Source: Phoronis australis
Taxonomy: Eukaryota > Animalia > Phoronida
Direction of reading: 5' to 3'
Assembly (NCBI GenBank): GCA_002633005.1
Contig: NMRA01000432.1
Coordinates: forward strand, 62,001 to 126,000
Length of the DNA: 64,000 nt
Within the stretch, counting starts at the first letter, position 1, and each line of letters begins with the position of its first letter. The position numbers were made by a program, and so were the translations under genes. Below, one piece after another: positions 53,201-64,000 of the stretch. The notes beneath the pieces were generated by a model that did no database searches, had not been told where the DNA came from, and was given only the letters and a program-made list of their open reading frames with translations.

Positions 53201-54170
53201 GCGCTTTATTTATTTCAGCGTCATCAGAGAGTCATAAAACACCTGTCTCTTCCAACACCTCTCCAACTCTACTTCAGTCTGTAGTAGCAGACCACCAGAG
53301 GGCGCAACTGCTGCAACAACAGCGTCTAATCGCTCAGCAGCACTCCTTAAATGCAGTGAGTTGTTTTGAGACCAATCATTTGAAAAGTTTCTCGAAGCAT
53401 TGTCATGCTGTGTGTATTCAGGCTACTAGTATGTGTTGAATTCTGTCGGTTGTATAGTTAGTGCAGAGCAAATGTTGAGGAGCACATTTTTGTGTGAACT
53501 TGACAGTTTGTGTTGACTTCTGCTGTGATTACCATAACTTCAGTAATTGGTTGGTGGGTCAGTCAATTTAAAATGCATTTTACAATATAATACAATACAA
53601 TACAGTGCACGTTTGATACATACGGATTGAAATGCAATTTGTTCTCAGTTGGTCTTTACTCATAACTCATGATTTTGAAATATTTAGAAATCTTTAAAAT
53701 TCCATTTACTAATAATTTGGACTCATATGGCTGCAATTTTATTTTTTATTTTTTTGTAGAAAATACATTAGACTCCAAAATACACTGGAGAGGCTTCGAC
53801 AGAACTTTTTCAGACTCAGTCAAGGTTAAATAAATGTGTTGCCAGAATTATTTATCTGCCAGTTTGGTTGAACTTTTGTTGCAATAAATATTATTTGACC
53901 TGGAGTTTACAAGATTTATCATTGGGGGTGGAGTTTACTGCTAATAAAGATGTGTCTCATGGTTATTTTTAGGACCCCCGTCACCACTTGATGATGTCAG
54001 TTATTCAGCAGCAACATCTCCATCAGGGCGCACACCGCTACAGCCAGCCCCACCTGCCAGGGACAGTCGCCCTGGGGCCACACGGGGCACCCACGATACT
54101 GCCAACCCTTCGCCCAGGTCAGCCCACCAATACATCGGCAAATAAACCAGATGGACGGCCAAAGAGTTGA
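26175..54170 (+). CDS. MLLT10: AF10/AF17 (MLLT10/MLLT6, Drosophila Alhambra) orthologue, 15 coding exons, about 761 aa. Exons: 26175-26292, 26376-26455, 26715-26769, 27143-27252, 29865-29968, 31917-32007, 32521-32619, 35013-35461, 39648-39833, 42559-42623, 50129-50293, 52065-52306, 52692-52878, 53219-53355, 53973-54170
   Basis: Spliced translation begins MSKMKAMVGGCCVCSDERGWAENPLVYCDGQGCNVAVHQACYGIVQVPTGPWFCRKCESQERAARVKCELCPHKDGALKRTDNGGWAHVVC, the AF10 PZP domain. It later contains SMEQLLERQWEQGSAFLMEQGQHFDIASLLNCLSQLRAENLRLEEHIQSL, the octapeptide motif-leucine zipper. All introns are GT-AG, phases match at every junction, and the total is 2286 nt. The low-complexity middle and C-terminal exons are less certain. 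Confidence 0.95.
26376..26455 (+). CDS. MLLT10: AF10 exon 2 (PHD1)
   Basis: tctag acceptor; (A)CYGIVQVPTGPWFCRKCESQERAARV; gtaag donor. Confidence 0.96.
26715..26769 (+). CDS. MLLT10: AF10 exon 3 (Zn knuckle)
   Basis: KCELCPHKDGALKRTDNG flanked by ccag and gtaat. Confidence 0.96.
27143..27252 (+). CDS. MLLT10: AF10 exon 4
   Basis: (G)[36 protein letters not shown]; ag/gtagg. Confidence 0.96.
27436..28545 (-). mobile_element. Non-autonomous Kolobok-like DNA transposon with THAP-domain remnant, in AF10 intron 4
   Basis: TTAA flanks and TIR gagttcccaccatg/catggtgggaactc. Minus-strand ORF 28049-28357 reads MKRCFCRGCSDSN...SVFKFPK...KWYRFVRRT..W...HF, a degenerate THAP zinc finger. Confidence 0.72.
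29865..29968 (+). CDS. MLLT10: AF10 exon 5 (PHD2)
   Basis: VCYICEQHSRAGKAATGACMQCNKPGCRQFFHVT; tcag/gtaat. Confidence 0.96.
31917..32007 (+). CDS. MLLT10: AF10 exon 6 (end of PHD2)
   Basis: (C)AQSVGQLCEEAGQCGNVKYCGYCVHHYKKL; ttccag/gtgag. Confidence 0.95.
32521..32619 (+). CDS. MLLT10: AF10 exon 7
   Basis: RKDSSVKVIPPFQPIPNDNATPESTPEKKLKQK; ctgcag/gtatg; phase 0-0. Confidence 0.88.
33196..34719 (+). mobile_element. Helentron-associated non-autonomous element (HINE/DINE-1-like), young copy A
   Basis: 5' T-run plus subTIR atgcgccca; 5' stem-loop; (gtcc)n microsatellite; ~150-bp tandem monomers; 3' subTIR tgggcgcat; hairpin caacgctctgcgttg; ctcttgt end. Confidence 0.85.
35013..35461 (+). CDS. 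MLLT10: AF10 exon 8 (low-complexity, S/T/E-rich)
   Basis: Open frame LEEENNIES...GPKPKRA; tttag/gtgag; phase consistent with neighbouring exons. Confidence 0.82.
35640..38680 (+). mobile_element. Older diverged HINE copy hosting copy B
   Basis: Starts ttttatgcgtccacatatctatatgtg; diverged monomers on both sides of copy B; ends tgggcgcatatcaacgctctccattgcgcttgt. Confidence 0.7.
36707..38217 (+). mobile_element. HINE young copy B, nested in an older HINE
   Basis: Near-identical to copy A (ORF-track peptides 34005-34229 and 37520-37744 are identical); same termini. Confidence 0.85.
39125..39338. repeat. 31-bp minisatellite, about 7 copies
   Basis: Unit atactcaaactgtctgtgtctagtttagtct. Confidence 0.93.
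39648..39833 (+). CDS. MLLT10: AF10 exon 9 (basic, NLS-like)
   Basis: (R)PTDKEKKIKKPRIPNANKAK...KKKAPRKPRKNSTSSSLNH; tttag/gtgag; phase 2-2. Confidence 0.85.
40823..41165. repeat. 57-bp minisatellite, about 6 copies
   Basis: Unit atcgttcaaaagtttaatctctctgtctcactcctgtacaactctatttccaccact. Confidence 0.93.
41300..42403 (+). mobile_element. Diverged HINE copy
   Basis: ttttatgctcccatatatgtgg head; degenerate monomers; ends cgcatttcaatgctttgcgttgctcttgt. Confidence 0.65.
42559..42623 (+). CDS. MLLT10: AF10 exon 10
   Basis: SSQVLSGLSALAAVASTSMRA; tgtag/gtaag. This exon supplies the phase 2 to phase 1 shift needed to join exon 9 to exon 11. Confidence 0.75.
44521..46712. mobile_element. Non-autonomous TIR element (hAT-like termini) with 5-bp TSD, in AF10 intron 10
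   Basis: cttag|CAGGGCTCGAC ... GTCGAGCCCTG|cttag. Subterminal aggtcgca(ttt/aaat)gcgacct palindromes and aatgcga(c/g)ctg repeats at both ends. No long ORF. Confidence 0.85.
46993..47154. repeat. 33-bp minisatellite, about 5 copies
   Basis: Unit aacctagcctcaagcaatattagaatgaccttt. Confidence 0.9.
47630..48938 (+). mobile_element. Diverged HINE copy
   Basis: acatatttatatgtgggtgca head; monomers containing cctagtggc; ends aggcgcatttcaatgcttcgcgttgctcttgt. Confidence 0.75.
50129..50293 (+). CDS. MLLT10: AF10 exon 11 (octapeptide motif, DOT1L-binding region)
   Basis: ...IPQSMEQLLERQWEQGSAFLMEQGQHFD; catag/gtaag. Confidence 0.93.
52065..52306 (+). CDS. MLLT10: AF10 exon 12 (leucine zipper)
   Basis: (I)ASLLNCLSQLRAENLRLEEHIQSLTTRRDHLLAVNARLSMP; ccag/gtgag. 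Confidence 0.93.
52692..52878 (+). CDS. MLLT10: AF10 exon 13
   Basis: S/T-rich open frame DLGSSLNSSVG...RHSPG; tctag/gtgag. Confidence 0.8.
53050..53152. repeat. About 25-bp minisatellite
   Basis: Unit agtagtgtaattacggggcatgtga. Confidence 0.85.
53219..53355 (+). CDS. MLLT10: AF10 exon 14 (Q-rich)
   Basis: SSESHKTPVS...QRAQLLQQQRLIAQQHSLNA; tttcag/gtgag. Confidence 0.8.
53973..54170 (+). CDS. MLLT10: AF10 terminal coding exon 15
   Basis: DPRHHLMMSVIQQQHLHQG...KPDGRPKS then TGA; ttttag acceptor. Confidence 0.8.
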   Translation, partial: DPRHHLMMSVIQQQHLHQGAHRYSQPHLPGTVALGPHGAPTILPTLRPGQPTNTSANKPDGRPKS

Positions 54171-55179
54171 TACCCATGAACATAGTAGCAGAAAAGCTAG
54201 GTTCAGAAGGTGTCTTGTAGGAATAGTGACTCTAGATTAGTTGTGATAGTAGTAACTGCCGCCAGACATAAATTAAGCACTCCATGTGCACTAAAGGATT
54301 ATTGGCGGTGTTACCAGGGCCGGAAGGATGGAGTTGCAGGAACAAGTTGGGACATAACAGCGTCTGTTATTGTGAAGTGATTGTTACAATGCATATTGGT
54401 TACCGTGCATCTGCTTATGAATGTAACTAACTGTATAGACTGTAGATTGTGAACAAAATTACCGTGGACAAATTGTAGAAAGTTGTTATTCTATGATGAT
54501 CTCTCAACTAAGTGCTCTCAGTTGTTGCAGTTGCCCACATTTATTTTCCTCGCCAATTTATTCTTTCAGGAAATGGCAGGGATACATCATGATCAGTTTT
54601 CATAAAGGCCTCACCATGCGTCCACATATTCCTGTGTGGGTACATATAGAGTCATATCTGACTTGGCGTCCGACATCCACTGTTGTATCTCCTAAAACCC
54701 TTGCAGGATCTTAATGAGTTTTGGCAGATATGTTCATATGAAGCTCACAACAGATGAGGAAGTGTGTTTCGTACCCATCTGACTGCCATTATGCCCTCTT
54801 GTGGCAATATTAGTTTTGTACTTTGATTTGTTTCTTAAATATTTCCTTGCTGGTTTTTAATATTTGGTAAATATGTTTCTTTTTTGGAGACAACAGCACC
54901 ATGTCATTTCCGCAGATGGATTTGACTTGTTCTGTGCCACGGAATGGCCACTTTTATTATTTTCGCGTCCATTTGTTTGGCGTCTGCCTCATCTGCCAAA
55001 TTGTTCGGAGGATCATTATGAAAATTATCGTAGGTGGTCTTGCTGTGAAGGCCATATTTTGCTCTGATTTTCAGACAAGTTTGACCACAGTGGCACCTCC
55101 TAGTGGCAATTTTTTTTTTCATTAGTCTGCTGCTGTATCTCCTTATCTCTGCAGGATCTTCGTAAAGTTTGGCTAGTGC

Positions 55180-56604
55180 TTTTTTATGCGCCCACATATT
55201 TATATGTGGACGCATTATGCCGTCATCTCCGTCCGTCCGTCCGGCGTCCGCTACTCTATCTCCAAAACCCTTTGACATACGTTCATGAAATTTGGCACAT
55301 ATGTTCCATTCATGAATGTGACGGCATGTGCGAACTTTCGGACGGATCCGACTACCGGTGTGCCCCCTAGTGGCAATTTTATTTTTTTACGCTTAGTTTG
55401 TATCTTCAAAAGTCCTGAACGGATTTTCATGAAATTTGGTATGTAGGCACCTATTAGTGAGATGACGCTATCCTCCCGTTTTCAGATGGATTCGACAGTT
55501 TGCGCCACCTAGTGGCCATTTTTAGTGTTTTCGAATCTGTTTTTGTGCGTCCACCCCTCTATCAACCAAACCGCTCAAAGGATGATTGTGAAAATTGGCA
55601 TGTATATGCTTACTATGTAGAGGACGGTTGACGATGATTTTCCGACGATTTCGACNNNNNNNNNNNNNNNNNNNNNNNNNNNNNNNNNNNNNNNNNNNNN
55701 NNNNNNNNNNNNNNNNNNNNNNNNNNNNNNNNNNNNNNNNNNNNNNNNNNNNNNNNNNNNNNNNNNNNNNNNNNNNNNNNNNNNNNNNNNNNNNNNNNNN
55801 NNNNNNNNNNNNNNNNNNNNNNNNNNNNNNNNNNNNNNNNNNNNNNNNNNNNNNNNNNNNNNNNNNNNNNNNNNNNNNNNNNNNNNNNNNNNNNNNNNNN
55901 NNNNNNNNNNNNNNNNNNNNNNNNNNNNNNNNNNNNNNNNNNNNNNNNNNNNNNNNNNNNNNNNNNNNNNNNNNNNNNNNNNNNNNNNNNNNNNNNNNNN
56001 NNNNNNNNNNNNNNNNNNNNNNNNNNNNNNNNNNNNNNNNNNNNNNNNNNNNNNNNNNNNNNNNNNNNNNNNNNNNNNNNNNNNNNNNNNNNNNNNNNNN
56101 NNNNNNNNNNNNNNNNNNNNNNNNNNNNNNNNNNNNNNNNNNNNNNNNNNNNNNNNNNNNNNNNNNNNNNNNNNNNGATTCTGACTACCGGTATGCCTCT
56201 AGTGGCAATTTAAGTATTTTACATTGACCTCTGTATTTTCATAGGTCTTCAGGTGTATACTTTGTGTTACTTCGTGACTATGAAGGAAAAGTTCCAAGTA
56301 GAAATTTGTTTCTGGCATTCTAATGCTGTGCTAATCTCGTATGTTGGTAAATTTGTTTTTAATTCTATGTTTCTGTGGTGCTTTAAGCAACTAATGTATA
56401 GGATGTGCTTGTATTATGAAGATCTCTCACATTTTGCCCCTAGCCTATTGAGGAGACAATGACCATGCCTTTCCATTTTGCAAAGTACAACATACTACAT
56501 ATATGCCCGCTACTGGCCACTTCATGGTACCCATAAACAACCCTAGAAGGATACCGTATATGGTGCAATAGTGGGCACATTTCAACGCTCTGCGTTGCTC
56601 TTGT
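55180..56604 (+). mobile_element. HINE young copy C (spans an assembly gap), nested in an older HINE downstream of the AF10 stop codon
   Basis: Same 5' tttttatgcgcccacatatttatatgtggacgca start and 3' caacgctctgcgttgctcttgt end. Confidence 0.83.
55656..56176. other. Assembly gap (N run) inside HINE copy C
   Basis: Run of N. Confidence 0.99.
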
Positions 56605-59600
56605 TATAGGCATGACAACAAATAATCATGACTTATGGATTGATAACATTCGTCTCTTTAATTTTATGTCAGAGTTCCTTTACGTTTTTTATGAAATTTG
56701 TCAAATAAGTTTCTGTTGTGGAGAGAACAGCACCTTTCTGTTTTTGGATGGATTCAACCAATTCTGTGCTACCTAGTAGCCCATTTTATTATTTTTTTTA
56801 AGTCCGTTTTTGCCATCCACTTATGTGTGCTTTAAGCCGCTCCCAGGAGCATCATGAAAGTGATGGACGTCATCCTGCACCACTGATCCTGAACTTCTGG
56901 TGGTGCAACTGTTGTGGCATTATTTTGTATCTGGGTCTGTTTCTACCAAACCCTTTGCAGGATCACTGCACAATTTGGCAGTTTGTTCCTGCGAATTTGA
57001 GAGCAGATGACAAATTCTTTTGGATAGAGTGGACTACCAATGTGCCTTTGATAATTTATTTGTTTACATGTGGCTGCGTATTTGTTAAACTCCTTCACAG
57101 ATTTTCATGTTTTCTATTGAGATGATGGTGTGGTCCCATTTTCATGTTTTCTATTGAGATGATGGTGTGGTCCCATTTTCAGACATGTTCAACATAGCGG
57201 CCATGTTTATGATACTAATAATGGTCCAGAGAAGCTCACCATTTGTGTTGCAGTCGTGGGTGCATTTCAACGTTTTGCGTTGCTCTTGTTTGATAAAGAA
57301 GGGTTGCTAAGCAAGCGACTCTTCGGGCGTTTTCAAAAAAATGATTCTATGCATATTTATATGAAGTGCATCATTTGTGTGCAAAATATTTCAACGTAGT
57401 AGCATTTGTATTGCAAACAATTGTAAAGTAGGTGTCATCAATTCAGTTGTTTCTGTGAGATTTTTTGCACATTTTATTGCTAAAGTGCACCTGTTTTTAA
57501 AAAAATGTTAAAACAAGGTCACTGCTCACTATATGATCTCGCTGTTTATTTGAGGTGTACACATTAGGTTCTGTGTTTGAGTCTGTCTTGGTACTGTAAC
57601 TATTTTGCCATGACTTGGACAGAGACTAACCATAAACGTTTTTTAATTTTATAATTTTCCATGAACTTTATAGATTTGTACGCTACCTGTATAATAAATT
57701 TTTGTTTTTTTCTGAGGGACCATTCACAATTATTGCCATTTTCGCAAGTGTAAAATAATTAAGCTTAAAACAGTAAGAGGCGAGCGTCTTGTGGCTGCCT
57801 TGTGCTTCTGCCATCTTATTGCTACCTGAAATGGCAGCAAAGTCACTGCAAGTTTAGTTGCTTTTTCACATCGAAAATCCATGCAGAATTCTTTGACAAT
57901 TGTTTGCTTTTACCTTTTGAATTTCTAGATGACTATTGATTGTTCAGGCATAAATAAAATTTGGGTGTTACTAAATATTCACTAGTCTCTAAACGTATCA
58001 ACATTTTCGTGCTCTTATGTGAGAAGGTGAGTCACAAACCGTGTGCGGTAAGCAGAAACAAGGAGATGGTAGTGGTTGTGAGCAGTCTCTTAGCAGGCTG
58101 TGGTATGTAATGCTTACAATTTACAAATGTGGTGTATTGTGTACTGTTTTTAATTTAGAAATGCAGCATAAGGTTTAGGCATGCACATGATTAGCGTAGG
58201 GTTAGGGGGCAATTGTCTGATGTAACGTGCAGACAACCAGTTTGATCCCCGTTATTCAGTGGAGAAACCTGGTTCTCAAAATTCAGGCGTGTTATATCAG
58301 ACCATTTCCTAGTTAGGTATGGGCCATAGGGAGTTTAATTAGTTTGCATTGTTATCATTGAATCTTTCTTAACTGAAATTCACCACAACTGCCTGTACAT
58401 TGTATATTCAGTATGTTGCTACTGAACCACTGTTATTTCTTGTGCCCTCAAGGCAAAACGAGGTCTTGAACTAATTTTCACTGGTGAAGCACTGTTTGAA
58501 ATGAGATTGTGGGTTCATAAGGTGGCTATTATATTGGGACAGTGGCAAGATCTCTGCTTTTGTCAGGGGAAATAATTGAAGTTGTCTATAGTGTTTTGTA
58601 AATTGCTCTATGCGTGGCACAGAGTTCATGCAACGTTTTGGTATATCGAGCCATCTCAACCGAGCAAGGTGTTTTATCGTGGTTTGAAGTCAATTTTGGG
58701 TGTCCAAGAGCCCAGGGCTATACTCTCAGTAAGATAAAGTTTGAATCTCAACTGATGACTTGATAAAGAAGCTGATTAATATGTTCAAACTAGTGTTTTG
58801 TTCCTGATATTTGATTGTAGGACGCATGATTCTAGTTTCATCCTGTAGGAATTAAAAGATTTTCATTGTCATTTGTCCATGTGAAGTTTTTGATTCTGCA
58901 ATGTGGGGAGAAATTTTGCAATGAGCTTTTGTGATCGGTGATCGTGCATCAAGGGTATAGGTAGATAAACTTACTGGCGAGCTGGTAAATGCTCCTTTGT
59001 TGAAGGTTGTTTACAGTCTCCGGTAGATGTATTTAGAAGTCTGCAGTGACATAGCCACCATTGGCACACTTCACGTGCTTGTCCAATATTTTGTATTTTG
59101 ATAAGAATCAAAATTTAGATGTAAAGAATTCTGAAAAATAGATTCGTATCAAAAACTCTTGATGAAATAGTAAAAACGTAGGAAGACATTGAACTGTTGG
59201 TAAGTGGTGTGTTCAGTGAACCTGTCTGGGGTGAAACTAATGAGCTACGCTGTTTTACTTCGGGATGTTTGCATGGTGAACGAAATGTGTGCTAATGCAA
59301 TAGTTTGTATGGCGTCCAAGCTGTTAACTCCCACCATGTAGTTTCATCGACTGTCCATTTAACTTGGTCGCCAAATGCAAACGATTTGTTCGTCGCATGC
59401 TCTTGTTGTTTTTGTACGCCTTGCGCGTCTTCCGCTTTTGTTGGTAATTACTTTGTCTAATGGTGTCAGAAAAAGACTATACATGTATAATCAAATAAAT
59501 ATCGTTTGTATTCTGTGTGCCGTTTTATGCTTCGGCTGTTCGCTGCCAACAAACTTCTGTTGCTCTATCGAAGATCAGTGCTATGAGACATTCCACGATT

Positions 59601-62600
59601 TCTTGTGGGCAGTAAAGTAAACGTGTACTGGTGTTCTGTGCGCAACATTATTATTTCTTGACCGGCGCTAGAGTAAACGCGCAGGTAAAGTACTCTTTTT
59701 TAACCTCAAAAATTGCTGGAGGATGTTTTAAGGATGCTCAAAACAGGTTGAAATTTCGTTGAAGCAAATTAGATTACTTATCGTAGACATCTGCTGGGTC
59801 CAGTTGACTCTGTCTCAGCCTACCCAAAAACCAAAGGCCAATTTTCTGGGTTAGTTGAGGCCTGAAAAGCATGTGATAGCATTCTGTGAACCCTAAGATT
59901 GAAGATGGAACATTTTTCTTAAAACGTGATGGACGGGTTGTCAAAGAAGGGGCAAAAGTATCCCCTGCACTCGTGACAGCGCCGCTCGTCCCGGGGGCTG
60001 TAAAGCCCAGTGAACGAAAATCTGGAAAGGTTCTTGACTAGTGGAAAGCACGGCAATCGATTGTATACATCAAAAAGTGAACGGAAACCATCAGCTTCGG
60101 AGGAAAAATAAAAAAGTTTCGTCAAAGGCCCGATTACGCCCCTCCATGAATGACGTCGTCACAGATCTACTTCAGTTTGGCTGCTCACTGCACGACCAGC
60201 CAAAGTGAATCCGCAGGCATATATATAAAAGTACAGAAATTTGCCGGAACAGCGAAAATTGCCTGGAGGTTTTCTATAGGCGGATGAATATATCTGTACT
60301 GACTGGGTTGGAATACCTGTGTTGATTTTAGATAAAGTTATTCTACTTTCATGGCCGTAGAGGAAGCGGGGAGAAGAGAAAAACTTCAGGAGTACGTTTG
60401 ACAACTATCAGTGCATGATTTGTCCTTTGAAGGTCCTGGCCAGGACATTGTCGTTTGGGCGCTTGCTTTTTGTTGCATAGGTTGCCAAAGCACGGCTTTT
60501 GCGGAACGTATTGAATTTACTAGTTTTTTTTTAAAACCTAAAAATTCAATAAGACAATTTTGCTAATGCAAAACAATATTTTTTCCGGAGGCTCCACTCT
60601 GGCAAGGGATAATGGAGACAACCGTCTCTCTATTTTTCGGATTTCTTTCCTCTCAATTCATGATATAACTTAAGGAAAATCGATGACCTGATAGATTACA
60701 TCAATTGCTGAGCATGTCTTGTTTCTTTTTGAAAGCATAATCTTTTCATATTTATTGACTCGGCTCTTGAAGGGAGGATTCCTGGCGTCAGTGGAAGTGT
60801 ATCATTTTTCCAAGCCACCAGAAACTGTACTGCCCGTTTTTCAACGAGGGATATTGAAACATTAATTTCTAATCTGTTTTAGACAAATCCATTCGCTAAA
60901 CGTCATCCAGTTAAAAGACTACACAATATTGCAACACCAGTACAGATGGAAAAGATCGTCTAACTCATTATCACAGAAAAAGCAGTCATCATTTGGTAAA
61001 ATTCCAATCTTGTGAAGACTAGTATTTTTTGAACCACGTTAATTTGGTGAAACAAAATTGTTGGGTCATTCGGTAGATTTTAGATTTTAAAATTGTGTTT
61101 TCATGTTTATAACGTTCATCCAAACTCCATAGAAGTTCAATTTACCAGCACTTCAGTTGTCACGTCGTGAAAATTTGAGGTCTTCGTAAGTCCATGTTTC
61201 GTACTTTGAAGTCACTATTGTTGAAGTTCGAAACGAATTTGCGTATCACAGATAACGCAGACATATTTCTTGTTGTGATCTAAAAACCCAATTATCATGT
61301 GATGCCGCACACAAATGAAACCAGTCTTCCTAATCAAAACTGATAGGGAAATTATTAAGTAACTGATCTAGTTACACAATTCGTTGGTTTGGGTATCACA
61401 GGCAACGCAAAAATATTTCTTGTGATCTACAAACCCAGTGATCATGTAATGCAGCACCCTGATGAAACTAGTCTTCCAAATCAAAACTGATAGCGAAATT
61501 ATTATTAAGCAACTGATTTAGTTACAGAATTCGTTGCTTTGGGTGATCTCTTGACTAAGATTTAAAAGCCGGTCACCAGTTCAAACAATTTGCAGTTAGG
61601 TTGGTTCAGCTCACAAAATTCAAAAAAAGGTCGCAACTGAGTACATGTAATACAGATGCGTACGAGGCTTAGATAAAATAATAAAGGAATTCTCAATGCA
61701 TGTTTGTGGACGATTTCCACAGATAGCTCATTCCGTTTGGAGGCATATGTGTCGAGGTGACCTCTTACATTCGGGGTCGGTTTTAATCAATTTCAGTGTC
61801 GCACAGAGTTCGAACTTCTGCAAATAGATGTACTGGTTCGATGTTTTCTCTTCGCACTATCCAATAAAAGTTCCGCAAAATAATCTGGTTGTTTTGTCAT
61901 TTTTACGTTTTTGGAGATTCAAGTAGTTGGTTCGAAGAACCTGACGCGATTTGTTACCGCAGGACTAAGGACATTTTGATTTATGTAGATTGGTTAAACC
62001 ACAAGTATGGATGTTTGACTAACTGTACCGGACTCGCTCATATTCAAGGTTGTAATGCTCCGTCAAGCTACGAAAACCTTCCCTTGTACAAGTCTAATCT
62101 GGTTTAGTACACCGACAATGGGATGCGACATATATTACACAGTATTCCGGCGACCACTCCAAGCCGCACTGAGAAATGGAAATTATGCCATGTAGATGTT
62201 ACACATCTTTGTAACTAAATTTATTTTTAGTACGCACTTGCGTATGAATTGTGTTCGTATTTGTACTGTTCGATTACGCCATTTGACTTAACAGCAAGAG
62301 TGCTCGATTCCGATTTTTCGAAAAGGAATGTTTTCAACAAGAGACAAAAATAACGCGATGGGTAATTTGAAAAATTCAGGGATGGGTTCACAATTCACCG
62401 TTGTTCTGGTACTTCGTTTCAAAACAAAATAAAAAGATAAGCAACCCTGACCGGTAAGAAAAAACAAATAGACAGGAGTATTAAAAATAAAGTAATGAAA
62501 ACAAGTATGTAACATATTTAAAACCAACGTTCCTTTGGGAAGACCCTTTGTGAAGATCAGCGCAAATTAACTTTTAAGTCTTTTTGTAATTTTTAATTGT

Positions 62601-63134
62601 ACCAAGTTAAAAGTACTCATCACATTGCAGGCTTTAACTCTGTGCAAATGCTAGAGAAAAACAACTTAATTTGAGTGTACGACCACTATTGTTGAGAAAG
62701 TAGTGGTAGCTATTACATTTCCACTTCATCAGCTCAGATCCACATCAATACGATTAACGGGCGTGCTCAGTGTATAGACATCATAAAGTTGTCTGGGGCT
62801 CAGGGAATCCGAGCGGTGACCAGTTTAAGCGAGAAATTCTCCACATGAAAAGACTGCAATCTGAATTATTCAGTTCTTTGTGCCAACTACAGGATGATCC
62901 CTATAGCCAATATCTTACACTACTGATTAACTTGATGTAGATTGAAACTTTGGAAAACCCATATAATTCCCTTCCGAACAATAAACTTAAAGAATGTTTG
63001 GTTGGTTTTGCAAAATTAGGTTACATTTAGTGCCTCGTTCTAGAGATATAAGTTGACATTTTAACAGTAGTTCTTAATATAGCCGATAGGTTCGCTGTTT
63101 GACAATGAACCGCCAGATGTCACTTTCAAATAAG

Positions 63135-63216
63135 ATGGCTGCCTCCGATTTAGAAAGAGCACAAGCAGTGGCAGCAACTGACAAGAATGCTGCCATTCAA
63201 ATACTGTTTCAACTCG
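63135..63216 (+). CDS. PSMD11: 26S proteasome non-ATPase regulatory subunit 11 (Rpn6), exon 1; no second exon identified in the window
   Basis: MAASDLERAQAVAATDKNAAIQILFQL(V) resembles the PSMD11 N-terminus as I recall it (ERAQ...TD...IxIL). Good start context aagATGGC and a phase-1 GT donor. Confidence 0.75.
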
Positions 63217-64000
63217 GTAATTATCCTTGTATATTTAAGAAGTATCAAGTTATAGAACAGAATATTTGGAATTCGATCATTCCTGATACTTGCCAATTGG
63301 TTTGGAATTCAAAGTTGACCGGCTTCACAGTTCACACAACAAAAGCTGAGTCACGTCAGCGCTGTTTCGTTTGTCTGACATGTCTGACTCTGAACTTGAA
63401 AAGTTGAATGAATGAAAGTGGTGTGATTGTTGTGATTTTACCTCACGCTTAGGTCAACTTAATTTTTCACGTCAGTTAAATATCCACTCACTTGTAGTAA
63501 ACACCCTCTTACTACACACTTGGGTTCTTCCTAGGAGTCCTAGGACTAGGTCTAGGAGTAGGCAATAATGACCATTGCCAGGCATTGCCTCTGTTGGCCC
63601 GAACCAGAGGCGATGCAGCTCCTATAGGCGCTCTGTACGCCGGAAGCTTTTTGGCGAATAATGCCTCGCACCGACTAAACCATCAAAGTCACGTTGTTAT
63701 AAATGCCTTTTGCGCATAGAGGAACACCTTAGGAGGTTGTCGATGTGTTTAATTCCTTCCAACTCGAACAAATACTCCCGTTATCAAACTTTTTCTTCAA
63801 GCAGTCCTTATTTCAGTTCCCAAAATTGTGAACTCACCATTTTTATACTGCGCACGCTCCAATTTTTACCGCGCTCGCTAGGTGATGTGACTTCATGACC
63901 TCAATCTTTAAATAGGCTAAATGTGAGCCATTGCTGTCTTGTCAGTCAAATGTTTGTTTCCAAAATGCCACCACTTATACTTGTCTTTAATTGGCGTTAC

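Larger units (their letters stand above)
54615..57288 (+). mobile_element. Older diverged HINE copy hosting copy C
   Basis: atgcgtccacatattcctgtgtgg head; the monomer sequence resumes after copy C; ends tgggtgcatttcaacgttttgcgttgctcttgt. Confidence 0.68.

Noticed and set aside
55595-56227. 210-aa ORF (likewise 25432-25926 and 25562-25897)
   Set aside because: Artefacts of N runs.
58190-58300. tRNA/SINE-like A- and B-box resemblance (tagcgtagggtt...gtttgatccc)
   Set aside because: No cloverleaf could be built; too degenerate to call.

Overview
This is eukaryotic (metazoan) genomic DNA with GT-AG introns, microsatellites, many transposon remnants and two assembly gaps; it is probably from a marine invertebrate (inference only). 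I reconstructed three protein-coding genes by hand. (1) A complete 15-exon AF10/MLLT10 (Alhambra) orthologue on the + strand, 26175-54170, about 761 aa, with PZP (PHD-Zn knuckle-PHD) and OM-LZ domains and consistent splice phases throughout. (2) A 7-exon minus-strand gene, 15895 down to 3116, encoding signal peptide + 8-Cys WSC domain + at least 3 Ig-like domains; I found no 3' end inside the window. (3) Exon 1 of PSMD11/Rpn6 at 63135. Mobile DNA includes a palindromically rearranged Penelope-like GIY-YIG element, a decayed Sola3-like element, a Kolobok-like THAP element, a pogo/Tigger-like MITE and a CAGGG-terminal element with a 5-bp TSD. There are also many Helentron-associated (HINE/DINE-1-like) elements whose ~150-bp internal monomers each carry a co-oriented CTCF-like motif. 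The two most interesting candidates are the WSC-Ig putative glycan receptor and the HINE-borne CTCF-motif arrays. Most short ORFs in the supplied track are spurious.
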